A stretch of 41,832 nt of DNA, taken from contig CAIKFN010000037.1 in the NCBI GenBank assembly GCA_903826715.1, positions 1 through 41,832 of the forward strand, read 5' to 3'. Both the position numbers and the translations under genes were made by a program. This DNA comes from an uncultured Actinomycetes bacterium. Lineage in GTDB: Bacteria; Actinomycetota; Acidimicrobiia; Acidimicrobiales; RAAP-2. Below the pieces are notes generated by a model that was not told the origin of the DNA, made no database searches, and worked only from the letters and a program-made list of their open reading frames with translations. Of the stretch, positions 8,718 to 19,021 are shown piece after piece (positions within the stretch are counted from its first letter, which is position 1; each line of letters opens with the position of its first letter).

Positions 8718-10145
8718 ATGGCAGAAAATGAAAGCCTCAGTTCGATTGAGAGTCGTCACATTGACTATGTACCTGAGAAAGAACGTCACGGAAAAGTCTG
8801 GCGACAAGGTCCATTCTGGTTCCTAGGAAACTTCCAGCCATTCACTGTGGCGATTGGGTTCACCGCTCCACTTGTAGGCATCAGCCTTAAGTGGTCAATC
8901 TTGGCTTCAGTGCTTGGGGTCCTTTTTGGAACCATTTTCATGGCTGCGCACGCCGCGCAGGGACCGCAACTTGGGCTTCCACAAATGATTCAGTCGCGTG
9001 CTCAGTTTGGCTACGTGGGTGTAGTTGTTCCACTTATTGCATCAACCTTTACGTTTGTTGCCTTCTTGGTCGTTGACACCGTTATTTTGAAAATTGGTCT
9101 CAAGAGCTTGTTCGGTTGGAATGCAACTGGCGTTGCTGTTGGCCTAATGCTTCTTACCATCATCATTGCGATTTACGGTCACGACTGGATTCACCGTGTA
9201 TTCATTATTCTTTTCTGGACGTCGTTCCCATTCTGGATTATCACAACGGTCGGACTATTTAGCTACCACGTCTCAGTTCCTGCTGCTGGAAAGCTTGGCT
9301 ACAACTTGGCTGGCTTCGCTGTGATGTTTGCACTCGCAGCTTCATACAACATCACCTATGCACCGTATGTTTCTGACTACACGCGCTACCTTCCAAAGTC
9401 AACGAAGCAGAGCAGTTTGATTTGGTCAGTTTTCTGGGGTGGTTCACTTTCACCAATGTGGCTGATCCCCATGGGTTCATGGCTCGCTATTTACCTAAAT
9501 ACCGCTGACCCACTTCGTGGACTGCACGACGCTGGTAACCACGCTGTTGGGGGAGCAGGCACAGTTCTTATTGTCCTATCGACCTTGGCTCTTGTCGCAA
9601 CAATGGGAATGGGCGCCTACTCGGGCATGCTCTCAGTTGTAACAGCAATGGACTCATTTAAGCCAGTGCCTACTGGTGCCAAGACACGAGTGGTTGTTAT
9701 TTTGCTTCTTGGCATTGTCGCTGGGTTCTTTGGAATCATCTTTAATACAGCATCGACTGCCCTCTATGACGCACTGACAATCATGCTGTACGTACTTGCG
9801 CCATGGACTGCAATCAACTTGATTGACTTCTATGCAGTTCGTCACGGAAAGTTTGCGATTACAGACTTCTTCACTCCGTCTGGTATCTATGGTCGCTGGG
9901 GTGGACGCGGTCTCACTGCATATTTTGTTGGAATCTTGGTTGAAATTCCATTCATGTACATCCCGAGCTATTACAGCAGTTGGGGATCGAACCAATTGAA
10001 TGGTGTTGACATCTCTTGGATTATTGGACTGTTCGTCTCTGGAATCTTGTATTTCGTGATTACTCGAAACATTGACCGAACTGCAGAAGACGCAGCGGTT
10101 GCCCGTTCGAATGAGTCACTCGCACGAGGAGAAGAAGTCCGTTAG
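8718..10145 (+). CDS. Purine-cytosine permease (NCS1 family)
   Basis: IESRHIDYVPEKERHG, WFLGN, GLPQMIQSRAQFG and APYVSDYTRYLP. I chose the ATG at 8718 (SD AGGGGG) over the ORF-track TTG at 8691. Confidence 0.9.
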   Translation: MAENESLSSIESRHIDYVPEKERHGKVWRQGPFWFLGNFQPFTVAIGFTAPLVGISLKWSILASVLGVLFGTIFMAAHAAQGPQLGLPQMIQSRAQFGYVGVVVPLIASTFTFVAFLVVDTVILKIGLKSLFGWNATGVAVGLMLLTIIIAIYGHDWIHRVFIILFWTSFPFWIITTVGLFSYHVSVPAAGKLGYNLAGFAVMFALAASYNITYAPYVSDYTRYLPKSTKQSSLIWSVFWGGSLSPMWLIPMGSWLAIYLNTADPLRGLHDAGNHAVGGAGTVLIVLSTLALVATMGMGAYSGMLSVVTAMDSFKPVPTGAKTRVVVILLLGIVAGFFGIIFNTASTALYDALTIMLYVLAPWTAINLIDFYAVRHGKFAITDFFTPSGIYGRWGGRGLTAYFVGILVEIPFMYIPSYYSSWGSNQLNGVDISWIIGLFVSGILYFVITRNIDRTAEDAAVARSNESLARGEEVR

Positions 10146-10536
10146 TACTGTAGAAGTTTCCGCGGCCGCCACTGCGTTGGTGGCGGCCTTTGGAACTCAC
10201 AACCGCGATGTCTATTTTGATGCCTTTTCACCAACGGCAACTTTCATCTTCCATAATCATGACGCAGTGCTCGAATCGCGTAGCGCCTACGAAAAGCTTT
10301 GGGACGAATGGGTTGCTGATGGCTTCAAGGTTCTTGGATGCAGGTCGGCAAATCAGCAAATAACGATGCTGGGAACAGACGTTGCAGTATTTACTCACAC
10401 GGTTCGAACCGACCTTGCAGATGGTGATGGGTCAATAACTTCTGGAGAACGTGAAACGATTATTTTTCAAAAGATTAACGGACGCTGGCTAGGAGTGCAC
10501 GAGCACTTAAGCGTTGATCCGACTTTCCTCGTCTAG
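10111..10536 (+). CDS. NTF2-like / DUF4440 (YybH/SnoaL-like) protein
   Basis: LVAAFG...YF..FSP.ATFIFH, AVFTH.V, ERETIIF and W..VHEHLS C-terminal motif. The start is uncertain (ATG 10111, or near 10141). Confidence 0.75.
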   Translation: MSHSHEEKKSVSTVEVSAAATALVAAFGTHNRDVYFDAFSPTATFIFHNHDAVLESRSAYEKLWDEWVADGFKVLGCRSANQQITMLGTDVAVFTHTVRTDLADGDGSITSGERETIIFQKINGRWLGVHEHLSVDPTFLV

Positions 10537-10563
10537 ATTCTTCTTAGGAACTTAAGGAGTACT

Positions 10564-11523
10564 GTGAGCAAAAAAGACACGCCAAGGATTGTCGTAAACG
10601 GCAAAGTCGGTCAAGTAGACGCCACCAAAGTTCCTCGCTACGCAGGACCAGCAACATTCGCTCGACTCCCAGAAATTGATGATGTCAGTGACATTGATCT
10701 CGCAATAATTGGGATCCCTTTTGACACTGGCGTTAGTTACCGACCAGGTGCGAGGTTCGGTCCACAGCACGTCCGTGAATCTTCTCGACTACTTCGTCCA
10801 TACAACCCAGCGGTAGGGGTATCTCCATTTGAGAAGTATCAAGTTGCCGATGCAGGCGACATTGCGGTAAATCCATTTGATTTACAAGAAGCAATTTCAG
10901 ACATCGAGCGAGGCAGTCGTGACGTTCACGAGCGTGCCAAGCGAATAATTTCAATCGGTGGCGACCACACAATTGCATTGCCACTTCTTCGGACTATGGC
11001 TGCAAAGCACGGCCCAATCAGTGTTATTCACTTTGATGCACACCTCGATACATGGGATACCTACTTCGGCGCTGAGTACACACATGGCACACCGTTTCGT
11101 CGTGCTTCAGAAGAAGGCCTGATAGACCGTGAAGGGTCGATGCACGTAGGCATTAGAGGACCGCTCTACTCATCGAAGGACCTCAGCCAAGATGCTGACC
11201 TTGGCTTTGAGATCTTTTCTTCAATTGAGTTCGAGGACATTGGTCTACTTGGGGCAATTGAAAAGATTCATGCTCGAGTTGAGAACCGTCCGGTCTACGT
11301 ATCAATTGATATTGATGTTCTGGATCCAGCACATGCTCCAGGAACAGGAACTCCAGAGGCGGGTGGTCTCACGAGTAGAGAACTGCTTGCCATTATTCGC
11401 TCGTTTAAAACTCTCAACATTGTTGGTGCTGATGTCGTTGAAGTTGCGCCAGCTTATGACCACGCAGAAATAACAGGGATCGCGGCATCTCATGTTATTT
11501 TCGAACTGCTTTGTGCAATGTAA
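10564..11523 (+). CDS. speB: Ureohydrolase, agmatinase/guanidinobutyrase type
   Basis: [40 protein letters not shown] and GTGTPE; all canonical di-Mn ligands are present. SD AGGAG. The exact substrate (agmatine vs guanidinobutyrate) cannot be resolved. Confidence 0.8.
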   Translation: MSKKDTPRIVVNGKVGQVDATKVPRYAGPATFARLPEIDDVSDIDLAIIGIPFDTGVSYRPGARFGPQHVRESSRLLRPYNPAVGVSPFEKYQVADAGDIAVNPFDLQEAISDIERGSRDVHERAKRIISIGGDHTIALPLLRTMAAKHGPISVIHFDAHLDTWDTYFGAEYTHGTPFRRASEEGLIDREGSMHVGIRGPLYSSKDLSQDADLGFEIFSSIEFEDIGLLGAIEKIHARVENRPVYVSIDIDVLDPAHAPGTGTPEAGGLTSRELLAIIRSFKTLNIVGADVVEVAPAYDHAEITGIAASHVIFELLCAM

Positions 11524-11529
11524 CCTGCC

Positions 11530-12948
11530 ATGAGCCAAAAGAACCCTGGACCAATACGCCTACTAGCCAAAGCAATCAGTGAGAAGAAGTTAACCTCCAC
11601 TGCGCTTATTGAAGAAACAATTCGGCGTCTTGATGCAAGTGAGCTCAATGCTGTTTGCGAATTCTCATATGAATCTGCTCTCAAAGATGCAGAACAATTT
11701 GATAAAGGGATTTACGCAAGTGGTCCCCTTGGAGGTCTCCCTGTTGGGATAAAAGACCTGGAAGACTGGAAAGGTCACCCGACGAAAAAGGGCTCAGTCG
11801 CGCTTGACAATGTGGCACCTGCTAAAGCCAATGGAGTCGTACCGCAGCGCCTCTTTGATGCAGGAGCAATAGGGATTGTGAAGACAACACTCCCGGAATT
11901 TGCAATTGAAGGCTTTACGTCAAATCTGCTCACTGGGGCAACGACAAATCCTTGGAATCAGAAGTTCTCAACTGGTGGCTCTAGCGGTGGCTCAGCTGCG
12001 CTTGTGGCTTCTGGCGCTGTAGCTATTGGAACTGCGACCGACGGAGGTGGATCTATACGAATCCCTTCGTCACTTTGTGGCCTCGTTGGGATCAAGCCAA
12101 CGAATGGCTTGGTTGGGCGCTGGCCAGTTCCTGATTGGATTGACTTATCTACTGATGGGCCATTTGCGACTTCAACTGATGACTTAAAACTTCTCCTCGA
12201 CGTGATTGTTGGCTCAGTTGCGGGAGACCCATCGTCGCCACGTCACTCAATGGTGCGTGAGCTAACTACTCAACAGAACACCTATACAAAATTGATAGTG
12301 GCTGAGCGAACTTCACCCCTTGGTCCGTTACCCGCTGGTGTGCTTTCGGCACTTCAAAATGCGGCACAAGCGCTCAGTGGTTTGTTGAAGTTGCCTCTTG
12401 AATGGCGTGACGCAAATGATTTCTTCACTGGGGGACTGCCCGACCTCGACTGGTTCACCATTGCTCCTTGTGACCATGTTGCTTCACTTGGCCGGCAGTG
12501 GGTGAAAGAGAACATGCAGCTATTTCACAGGTCTTCACAGCAGTTCCTTGGCGTTGGCCTCGATGTAACCGTTGACCAATATCAAGAAGCACGTAGACGG
12601 AGACTTGACTATTCGAGACAATTAAGTGAGTTGCTTGGAAACTCTGCGCTACTCATAACGCCAACAGTCGCCAGCGAAGGCTGGCTCGCTGATGGTCGAC
12701 TCAATGAACATGCTGAAGTCACTGGACTCCCTCCAGAGGTGTATTCGACCGCTGTACAAAATGTGACAGGTAATCCAGCAATTTCTATCCCCATGGGGAC
12801 GTTGCCGTCTGGGCTGCCTTTTGGAATTCAGATTACGGCCCCTCCTTACTGCGACTATGACTTACTTCGAATTGCTGATTTAGTTGAAGATCACTATCCA
12901 TGGCAGAGAATTGCCACTGGATATGAGTCTCTCGACTCAATTCTGTAG
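11530..12948 (+). CDS. Amidase (amidase signature family)
   Basis: Lys in IKDL, GGSSGGS and DGGGSIRIPS give the Ser-cisSer-Lys triad. N.TGNPAISIP and GLPFGIQI. Confidence 0.9.
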   Translation: MSQKNPGPIRLLAKAISEKKLTSTALIEETIRRLDASELNAVCEFSYESALKDAEQFDKGIYASGPLGGLPVGIKDLEDWKGHPTKKGSVALDNVAPAKANGVVPQRLFDAGAIGIVKTTLPEFAIEGFTSNLLTGATTNPWNQKFSTGGSSGGSAALVASGAVAIGTATDGGGSIRIPSSLCGLVGIKPTNGLVGRWPVPDWIDLSTDGPFATSTDDLKLLLDVIVGSVAGDPSSPRHSMVRELTTQQNTYTKLIVAERTSPLGPLPAGVLSALQNAAQALSGLLKLPLEWRDANDFFTGGLPDLDWFTIAPCDHVASLGRQWVKENMQLFHRSSQQFLGVGLDVTVDQYQEARRRRLDYSRQLSELLGNSALLITPTVASEGWLADGRLNEHAEVTGLPPEVYSTAVQNVTGNPAISIPMGTLPSGLPFGIQITAPPYCDYDLLRIADLVEDHYPWQRIATGYESLDSIL

Positions 12949-12988
12949 TAAACAAAGTTATTAAATACTCAGAAGAAAGACTCATCAC

Positions 12989-13279
12989 ATGGAATCAATG
13001 ACTCTCACATTTAACTGCCTGCCTGAAACTGGAGTTTTTCTTCTCGCAGGACTCGCAGACAGCCTCGCAGATACTCGTGCATTCAAAGGTTGCATCTCAG
13101 TGGAAGTATTCACAGATGCTGAAAACCCTGACACAATTGTCCTCATTGAAAAGTGGGAGAAAAAAGAAGATCAAGCTGCTTACATGGCTTGGCGAATTGA
13201 GTCTGGAATGATGGAGGCGATTGCCCCAATTATGGCTTCGGATCCCAAGACAACTTGGCTGACACCTCACAGTATCTAG
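12989..13279 (+). CDS. Antibiotic biosynthesis monooxygenase (ABM)-domain protein
   Basis: 96 aa with TRAFKGC, D..NP..IVLIEKWE and AY.AWR. Confidence 0.75.
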   Translation: MESMTLTFNCLPETGVFLLAGLADSLADTRAFKGCISVEVFTDAENPDTIVLIEKWEKKEDQAAYMAWRIESGMMEAIAPIMASDPKTTWLTPHSI

Positions 13280-13338
13280 AGCGTCTCAGTCTCTTTGAAA
13301 ACAATTAGGGTTGTTACAACTCTTTCAAGGAATTTTAA

Positions 13339-14859
13339 ATGACCGATTCACCTGTAAATAACGTTATTCACGCAGATATTCAAGATCCACGACGTTGGTT
13401 TGCGCTCGTAGTGATTGGTATTGCCACTTTGATGGTCGTGCTTGACAGCTCCATTGTAAATGTTGCCCTACCTCATGCTGCGCTACCAAAATCACTTGGT
13501 GGTCTTTCAATTGCGCCTAAGGATTATCAGTGGGCGATCACTTCGTACACACTGACCTTTGGTGGGTTTTTACTTCTTGGTGGACGAATTGGCGACTACA
13601 TGGGAAGAAAGAAAGCATTTCTCATTGGTCTTCTTGGATTCGCATTCGCGTCACTGCTTGGAGGGCTTGCACAGTCTGAAGGGATGCTCTTTAGCGCCCG
13701 CGCCCTACAAGGACTCTTTGGTGCGCTCTTGTCGCCTGCGGCGCTTTCACTTATTTCTGTTACCTTCACTGATTCAAAAGAACGTGCGAAGGCATTTGCC
13801 GTATACGGAGCACTTTCGGGTGTTGGGGCTGCGATTGGTCTAATTGCTGGAGGACTACTTACTCAGTATCTTTCATGGCGCTGGTGCATGTTCGTAAACA
13901 CACCAATGGCACTGATTGCATTATTTCTAGCAATTCCAAATGTTAAAGAATCCAAAGTCGAAGGTCACCCTCACTATGACGTTCCGGGTGCACTTACTGC
14001 AACTGCAGGAATGTTGAGTGTTGTCTATGGAGTCTCAAAAGCTGCGATTGATGGATGGGGTTCAACTTCTGCGTGGCCATACATGGCACTAGGTGGGGGA
14101 CTACTGGTCATTTTCTTTATTCTCGAAAGTCGAGTCAAGCAGCCACTGCTACCGCTTCGACTTCTAACTAACCGTGTTCGTGCGGGTGCGTATGTGTCCC
14201 AGCTTTTTATTGGTCTCGGGCTCTTTGGAATGTTCTTGTGGCTGACATTCTTCTTCCAACGTATTCACGGATTCAGTCCTCTAAAGAGTGGACTTCTTTT
14301 CTTGCCGTTCTCACTCTCAGTAATTATCTCGGCTGCATCAGTTGGTAAATTATTGCCAAAGTACGGCCCACGTCTTCTTGCAACAATTGGTGCGCTGATG
14401 GGTAGCGCCGGACTCTTCTATCTATCACTAATCAAGCCCGACAGTTCATACGTTGGACACGTAATGCCCGCAATGATTATTGCGGCACTCGGTGTGGGAA
14501 TGGTTTTCGTATCCGTTTCGTCTACGGCGTTATTTAACATTCAACCTCAAGACACTGGTGCGGCATCCGCGGTACTTTCCACTGCACAGCAGTTGGGTGG
14601 ATCTTTTGGAACGGCAATTCAAAACACAATTGTTGTCTCGAGCGCTACGGCATTTATTGCCGGACAGCTTCACCACCCAAGCAACCTCTTCTCAAGCAAA
14701 ACCGCACTACAAAATGCGGCAAGCGTACATGGCTTCGATCTTGCACTGCGCTTCGGTTCTTTGATGGTATTTATTGCGGCTGTTGCGTTTTACGCAATGG
14801 CGAATATTGACCGCCATCACCTTGGCCAGCACGACGAATCTCCGTCAGTCGCTCACTAG
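13339..14859 (+). CDS. MFS efflux transporter, DHA2 family
   Basis: LDSSIVNVALP, W.ITSYTL.FGGFLLLGGRIGDY.GRK, RALQG, GLLT...SWRW..FVN.P and QQLGGSFG. Confidence 0.9.
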   Translation: MTDSPVNNVIHADIQDPRRWFALVVIGIATLMVVLDSSIVNVALPHAALPKSLGGLSIAPKDYQWAITSYTLTFGGFLLLGGRIGDYMGRKKAFLIGLLGFAFASLLGGLAQSEGMLFSARALQGLFGALLSPAALSLISVTFTDSKERAKAFAVYGALSGVGAAIGLIAGGLLTQYLSWRWCMFVNTPMALIALFLAIPNVKESKVEGHPHYDVPGALTATAGMLSVVYGVSKAAIDGWGSTSAWPYMALGGGLLVIFFILESRVKQPLLPLRLLTNRVRAGAYVSQLFIGLGLFGMFLWLTFFFQRIHGFSPLKSGLLFLPFSLSVIISAASVGKLLPKYGPRLLATIGALMGSAGLFYLSLIKPDSSYVGHVMPAMIIAALGVGMVFVSVSSTALFNIQPQDTGAASAVLSTAQQLGGSFGTAIQNTIVVSSATAFIAGQLHHPSNLFSSKTALQNAASVHGFDLALRFGSLMVFIAAVAFYAMANIDRHHLGQHDESPSVAH

Positions 14860-14880
14860 TCACCGAATTGAAGAGAATTT

Positions 14881-15567
14881 CTAGTTTGAGCTGCGAGGTT
14901 GGCTCCAAGCCTGCTTTCGGACCGTTGATTTCCACGAACCATGTAAGTGTGCACGCATTGCTGATTCGGCCCACTCACCATCGCGAGCTCGCAAAGATTC
15001 CACTATCTCGTGATGTTGAGCGAAACTTCTTTTAAAGTCGCTTTCATCAAACGAAGCAAAGTTTCTGTAAACAAAAGGGACTTGAACTATTGTTTCAACC
15101 AATTGACAAAGTCGCTGGTTACCGGAACACCGAAGAATTGAACTATGAAAATGATTGTTCAGTTCAGTGATTCGCTGGATGTTAAATGTTGTTTTCAGGG
15201 CTTCTTCATCCATGGCACAGGCGAGTTCTTCTAGTTCGACAAGATCTGCAGTTCCATTTTCGGCAGCTAATTTGTAGCCCCACGGCTCAAGCAGTGATCG
15301 TAAGTTGTAGACCTCATTGAGGTCTTCGATTGTCCAGCTTTGAACTTGAACCCCACGGTTACGTTCGTGGGCCACCATACCTTCGGAGGCGAGTAGTCGC
15401 AGAGCCTCTCGGACCGGAGTTCGGCTGACCCCAAAGGAATCTCCTATCTCAACCTCTCTCAGCCACTGGCCTGCTTCTAACGTGCCAGTGAGGATTTGAT
15501 TGCGAATTGCCTGATAGATGTTGTCGACCGTGTTTTCTTCGGATGCTTGGATTTTGTCGTCTTTCAT
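14881..15567 (-). CDS. GntR family regulator (FadR/FCD type)
   Basis: wHTH with GVSRTPVREAL; FCD motifs R..LE, N..FH, SGN, HHEI..L..RD.E.AE.AM.AHL. It is divergent from the catabolic operon. Confidence 0.92.
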   Translation of the reverse strand: MKDDKIQASEENTVDNIYQAIRNQILTGTLEAGQWLREVEIGDSFGVSRTPVREALRLLASEGMVAHERNRGVQVQSWTIEDLNEVYNLRSLLEPWGYKLAAENGTADLVELEELACAMDEEALKTTFNIQRITELNNHFHSSILRCSGNQRLCQLVETIVQVPFVYRNFASFDESDFKRSFAQHHEIVESLRARDGEWAESAMRAHLHGSWKSTVRKQAWSQPRSSN

Positions 15568-15603
15568 TTAAAGCCAGTATATGGTTCTGGACCTCCTAAC
15601 TGA

Positions 15604-15709
15604 ATTGTATGTAATCTGGCACAGGTGAGGTTGCTAGATCTGAGTTAAAGCACTATATTCAACGCTTACTGGAATTGTAAGTCGACATTTTTTAATTTTG
15701 TATACGAAA
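15604..15709. promoter_or_regulatory. Two candidate GntR operators
   Basis: ATTGTATGTAAT (15604-15615) and TTTTGTATACGAAA (15696-15709) resemble the TTGYATRCAA palindromes bound by FCD-type GntRs. Confidence 0.5.
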
Positions 15710-15719
15710 GAGAGCGCAA

Positions 15720-16925
15720 ATGGCTGAAAAGGGCACACTCCCATTAGATGATATTCGTGTAATTGAGATGGGACAATTACTCGCTGGTCCTTTCTGTGGG
15801 CAGTTGCTCGGTGACTTTGGCGCTGAGATCATTAAGGTTGAGGACCCAGCTACTGGTGACCCAATGCGTCAGTGGGGTCGTGAGAAGCCATATGGAATTT
15901 CACTTTGGTGGCCGGTAGTCGCTCGAAACAAAAAATCAGTTACCGCAAACCTTCGCACGAATGAGGGCCAGGACTTAATAAAGCAACTAGTTGCATCGGC
16001 TGACGTTTTAATTGAAAATTTCCGTCCTGGAACATTAGAGAAATGGGGGCTTTCTCCAGATGAACTTTGGGCAATTAATCCAAGGTTGATCATCACTCGT
16101 GTTTCTGGTTATGGCCAGACCGGACCCTACGCTTCACAAGCGGGTTACGGCGCAATTGGTGAAGCCATGGGTGGAATTCGTTATGTGACTGGCGACCCCA
16201 ATAGTCCTCCAGCTCGTGCAGGTGTTTCACTAGGAGACTCGCTTGCTGCAACATTTGCAGCACTGGGAACTCTCGTGGCACTTCACAACGTTGGCAGAAC
16301 TGGCAAAGGGCAAGTTGTTGACTCAGCTATTTATGAAGCAGTTCTTGCACTTATGGAGTCACTACTTCCTGAATGGCAAATTGCTGGGTACCAGCGTGAG
16401 CGCACAGGAACGGTTCTTCCGAACGTCTCTCCAAGCAATGTCTATCCAACGCTTGATGGCGAGATGATCCTTATCGCTGGAAACGGAGACAACGTTTTCA
16501 ATCGCCTCGCGGCTGTAATGGGGCAACCAGAACTCTCAACTGATGAGCGTTACGGATCTCACAGTGCTCGCGGTGCTCACATGGAAGAGCTCGACCTCAT
16601 TATTGCCAAATGGAGCGTCGGCTTTACTGGCGACGATCTGTTAAAAATTCTTAGTGATGGTGGGGTGCCGGCAGGAAGAATTTTCCGCGCCAAGGACATG
16701 TTTGCCGACCCACACTTTGCTGCTCGTGACGCCATTGTGCGTCTAGCGCATCCTGAACTCGGTGAGTTTGCAATGCAAAATGTATTTCCGCGTCTGTCTG
16801 ATACCCCAGGGACAGTCCGGCATGTAGGACCAAAACTAGGGGAACACAACAAGGAAATTTATCAGGGCGTGCTAGGTCTCGATGATGACATAATGTCAAC
16901 ATTGCAATCTGCAGGCATTATTTAA
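15720..16925 (+). CDS. CoA-transferase family III (CaiB/BaiF)
   Basis: AGPFCGQLLGDFGAEIIKVE, GDPMR, RNKKS, ENFRPG, SGYGQTGP and catalytic Asp in SLGD. Confidence 0.92.
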   Translation: MAEKGTLPLDDIRVIEMGQLLAGPFCGQLLGDFGAEIIKVEDPATGDPMRQWGREKPYGISLWWPVVARNKKSVTANLRTNEGQDLIKQLVASADVLIENFRPGTLEKWGLSPDELWAINPRLIITRVSGYGQTGPYASQAGYGAIGEAMGGIRYVTGDPNSPPARAGVSLGDSLAATFAALGTLVALHNVGRTGKGQVVDSAIYEAVLALMESLLPEWQIAGYQRERTGTVLPNVSPSNVYPTLDGEMILIAGNGDNVFNRLAAVMGQPELSTDERYGSHSARGAHMEELDLIIAKWSVGFTGDDLLKILSDGGVPAGRIFRAKDMFADPHFAARDAIVRLAHPELGEFAMQNVFPRLSDTPGTVRHVGPKLGEHNKEIYQGVLGLDDDIMSTLQSAGII

Positions 16926-16936
16926 GGGGAATAGAA

Positions 16937-19003
16937 ATGGCGTATCGGCTCGGAGTAGATGTTGGTGGAACATTCACCGACATTTTGTTAGTGGATGAGA
17001 AATCTGGTGCGACGTATCGCGCTAAGACTTCCTCTACACCAGAAGATCAATCAATTGGTGTTGTGCGTGGAATCGAGCAGGCATGTGGGCTTGCTGGAAT
17101 CACACTTGACGAGATCAGTGACGTTCTTCACGGAACAACTGTTGCAACTAACGCGATTCTCGAAGGGAAGGGTGCCCGAGTTGGTCTTGTGACGACAGAA
17201 GGTTTCCGCCAAGTACTTCAGATTGCTCGTTCCTTTGTTCCTGGTGGACTTGCTGGTTGGATCATTTGGCCAAAGCCAGAGCCACTCGCATCACTTGAAG
17301 ACACTGTCGAAGTTAAAGAGCGCATTGGTGCCAAGGGCGAAGTAGTTACTGCCCTTGACGAAGAAGACGTACGAAAGCAACTACGTAAGCTAAAGAGCCA
17401 AGGCATCGAAGCATTGAGTGTGAGCCTTATTAACTCATACACAAATGATGCTCACGAAAAGCGAATTGGTGAGCTTGCTGCTGAAGAACTTCCAGGCATT
17501 GCAGTGTCACTTTCTTCTGACGTTCTTCCTGAACTTCGTGAATACGAGCGAACCATTACTACCGTGGCTAATGCTTATGTACAGCCACAAGTCAATAAGT
17601 ACATGCGCCACCTTGAAGCGCAACTTACTGACGCGGGTGTAAAGGGCAAGCTCTTCATTTTGAAGAGTGACGGAGGACTTATTTCAGCTCGTACCGCTGG
17701 AGACAACCCAGTATCAGTGATGATGTCGGGTCCTGCTGGTGGAGTTATTGGTGCTGCTTGGGTTGCTGAGCAGGCTGGTTACAAAGACTTCCTCACATTC
17801 GACATGGGTGGAACGTCAACAGACGTTGCTCTCGTGCAGAACTTGACTCCACGAATTGGTCGTGAAACAACAGTTGGTGACCTCACCGTACGTGCGACTT
17901 CAGTTGACGTTCGCACCGTGGGTGCAGGTGGAGGATCAATCGCGCACGTTCCACTTCTTACTCAAGCTCTACGTGTTGGTCCTCAGAGTGCTGGTGCATC
18001 CCCTGGACCAGCTGCTTACGGTAAGGGTGGCACTGAGCCAACTGTTACTGACGCCAACGTGGTACTTGGTTACCTTCCAACAGAACTTGCTGGTGGAGAA
18101 ATTAAGCTTGACCGTGAAGCATCACGAAGTGCAGTGAAGTCAATCATGGAGGCGACAAGCCTTGGATCGATTGAAGCAGCTGCTTCTGGAATCATTGACA
18201 TTGTTAACGAAAACATGTTCGGCGCGCTTCGCCTCGTATCTGTTCAGCAGGGATTCGACCCACGTGACTTTGCACTCGTAGCCTTCGGTGGTGCGGGTCC
18301 ACTTCACGCCAATGCGATTGGTCGACTCACTGGTGCATGGCCTGTAATCATTCCACCATCACCTGGTGTGCTCTGCGCTTACGGTGACGCAACGACAAGT
18401 CTTCGTGACGAATCAGTTCGTACGCTGATTCGCAGTTTCCACGAGCTAGACGACGTCATGCTTAAGGGTCTGCTGGACGAACTTGCAGCTAACGCAAGTG
18501 CTTCTTTGCTAGCTGAAGGAATTCCACAGAAGGACCACACGCTGGTTTACTCTGCAGACCTTCGCTACCACGGTCAAGGTTTCGAAATTCCAATTGTTAT
18601 TGACATTTCGAAGTTTGACGGCAAGGGCGCTGGACTCAAGTCACTTAGCGATGCATTCGATGCTGAGCACGAACGTCTCTTCTCATTCCTTCTAAAGAAT
18701 GAGCACGAGCTCGTAACAGTTCGAGCAACTGCAAGCGCTCCACGACCTGATGTTGCTTCGCCAACATTGCCAGAAGGTGGAACTGATCCTTCAGCAGCAT
18801 TCACTTTTGAATCTGATGTTTGGATTGATGGTGCATCAACAATGGCCAAGGTTTATGACCGCACGAAGCTCCTTGCGAACAACGTGATTACTGGACCTGC
18901 CATTGTTACTGAAATGGACTCAACAACATTGATCCTTTCTGACCACGCAGCAACCGTTCACGCGAGCGGCAGTCTTCTTATCCGACCAACAAGCAAGAAC
19001 TAA
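16937..19003 (+). CDS. Hydantoinase A / 5-oxoprolinase-family ATP-binding subunit
   Basis: DVGGTFTD, HGTTVATN, EYER..T, SGPAGG, DMGGTSTD, GAGGGS, PTVTDA and FGGAGPLH. Confidence 0.93.
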   Translation: MAYRLGVDVGGTFTDILLVDEKSGATYRAKTSSTPEDQSIGVVRGIEQACGLAGITLDEISDVLHGTTVATNAILEGKGARVGLVTTEGFRQVLQIARSFVPGGLAGWIIWPKPEPLASLEDTVEVKERIGAKGEVVTALDEEDVRKQLRKLKSQGIEALSVSLINSYTNDAHEKRIGELAAEELPGIAVSLSSDVLPELREYERTITTVANAYVQPQVNKYMRHLEAQLTDAGVKGKLFILKSDGGLISARTAGDNPVSVMMSGPAGGVIGAAWVAEQAGYKDFLTFDMGGTSTDVALVQNLTPRIGRETTVGDLTVRATSVDVRTVGAGGGSIAHVPLLTQALRVGPQSAGASPGPAAYGKGGTEPTVTDANVVLGYLPTELAGGEIKLDREASRSAVKSIMEATSLGSIEAAASGIIDIVNENMFGALRLVSVQQGFDPRDFALVAFGGAGPLHANAIGRLTGAWPVIIPPSPGVLCAYGDATTSLRDESVRTLIRSFHELDDVMLKGLLDELAANASASLLAEGIPQKDHTLVYSADLRYHGQGFEIPIVIDISKFDGKGAGLKSLSDAFDAEHERLFSFLLKNEHELVTVRATASAPRPDVASPTLPEGGTDPSAAFTFESDVWIDGASTMAKVYDRTKLLANNVITGPAIVTEMDSTTLILSDHAATVHASGSLLIRPTSKN

Positions 19004-19021
19004 GTAAAGGGGCTATACAAA

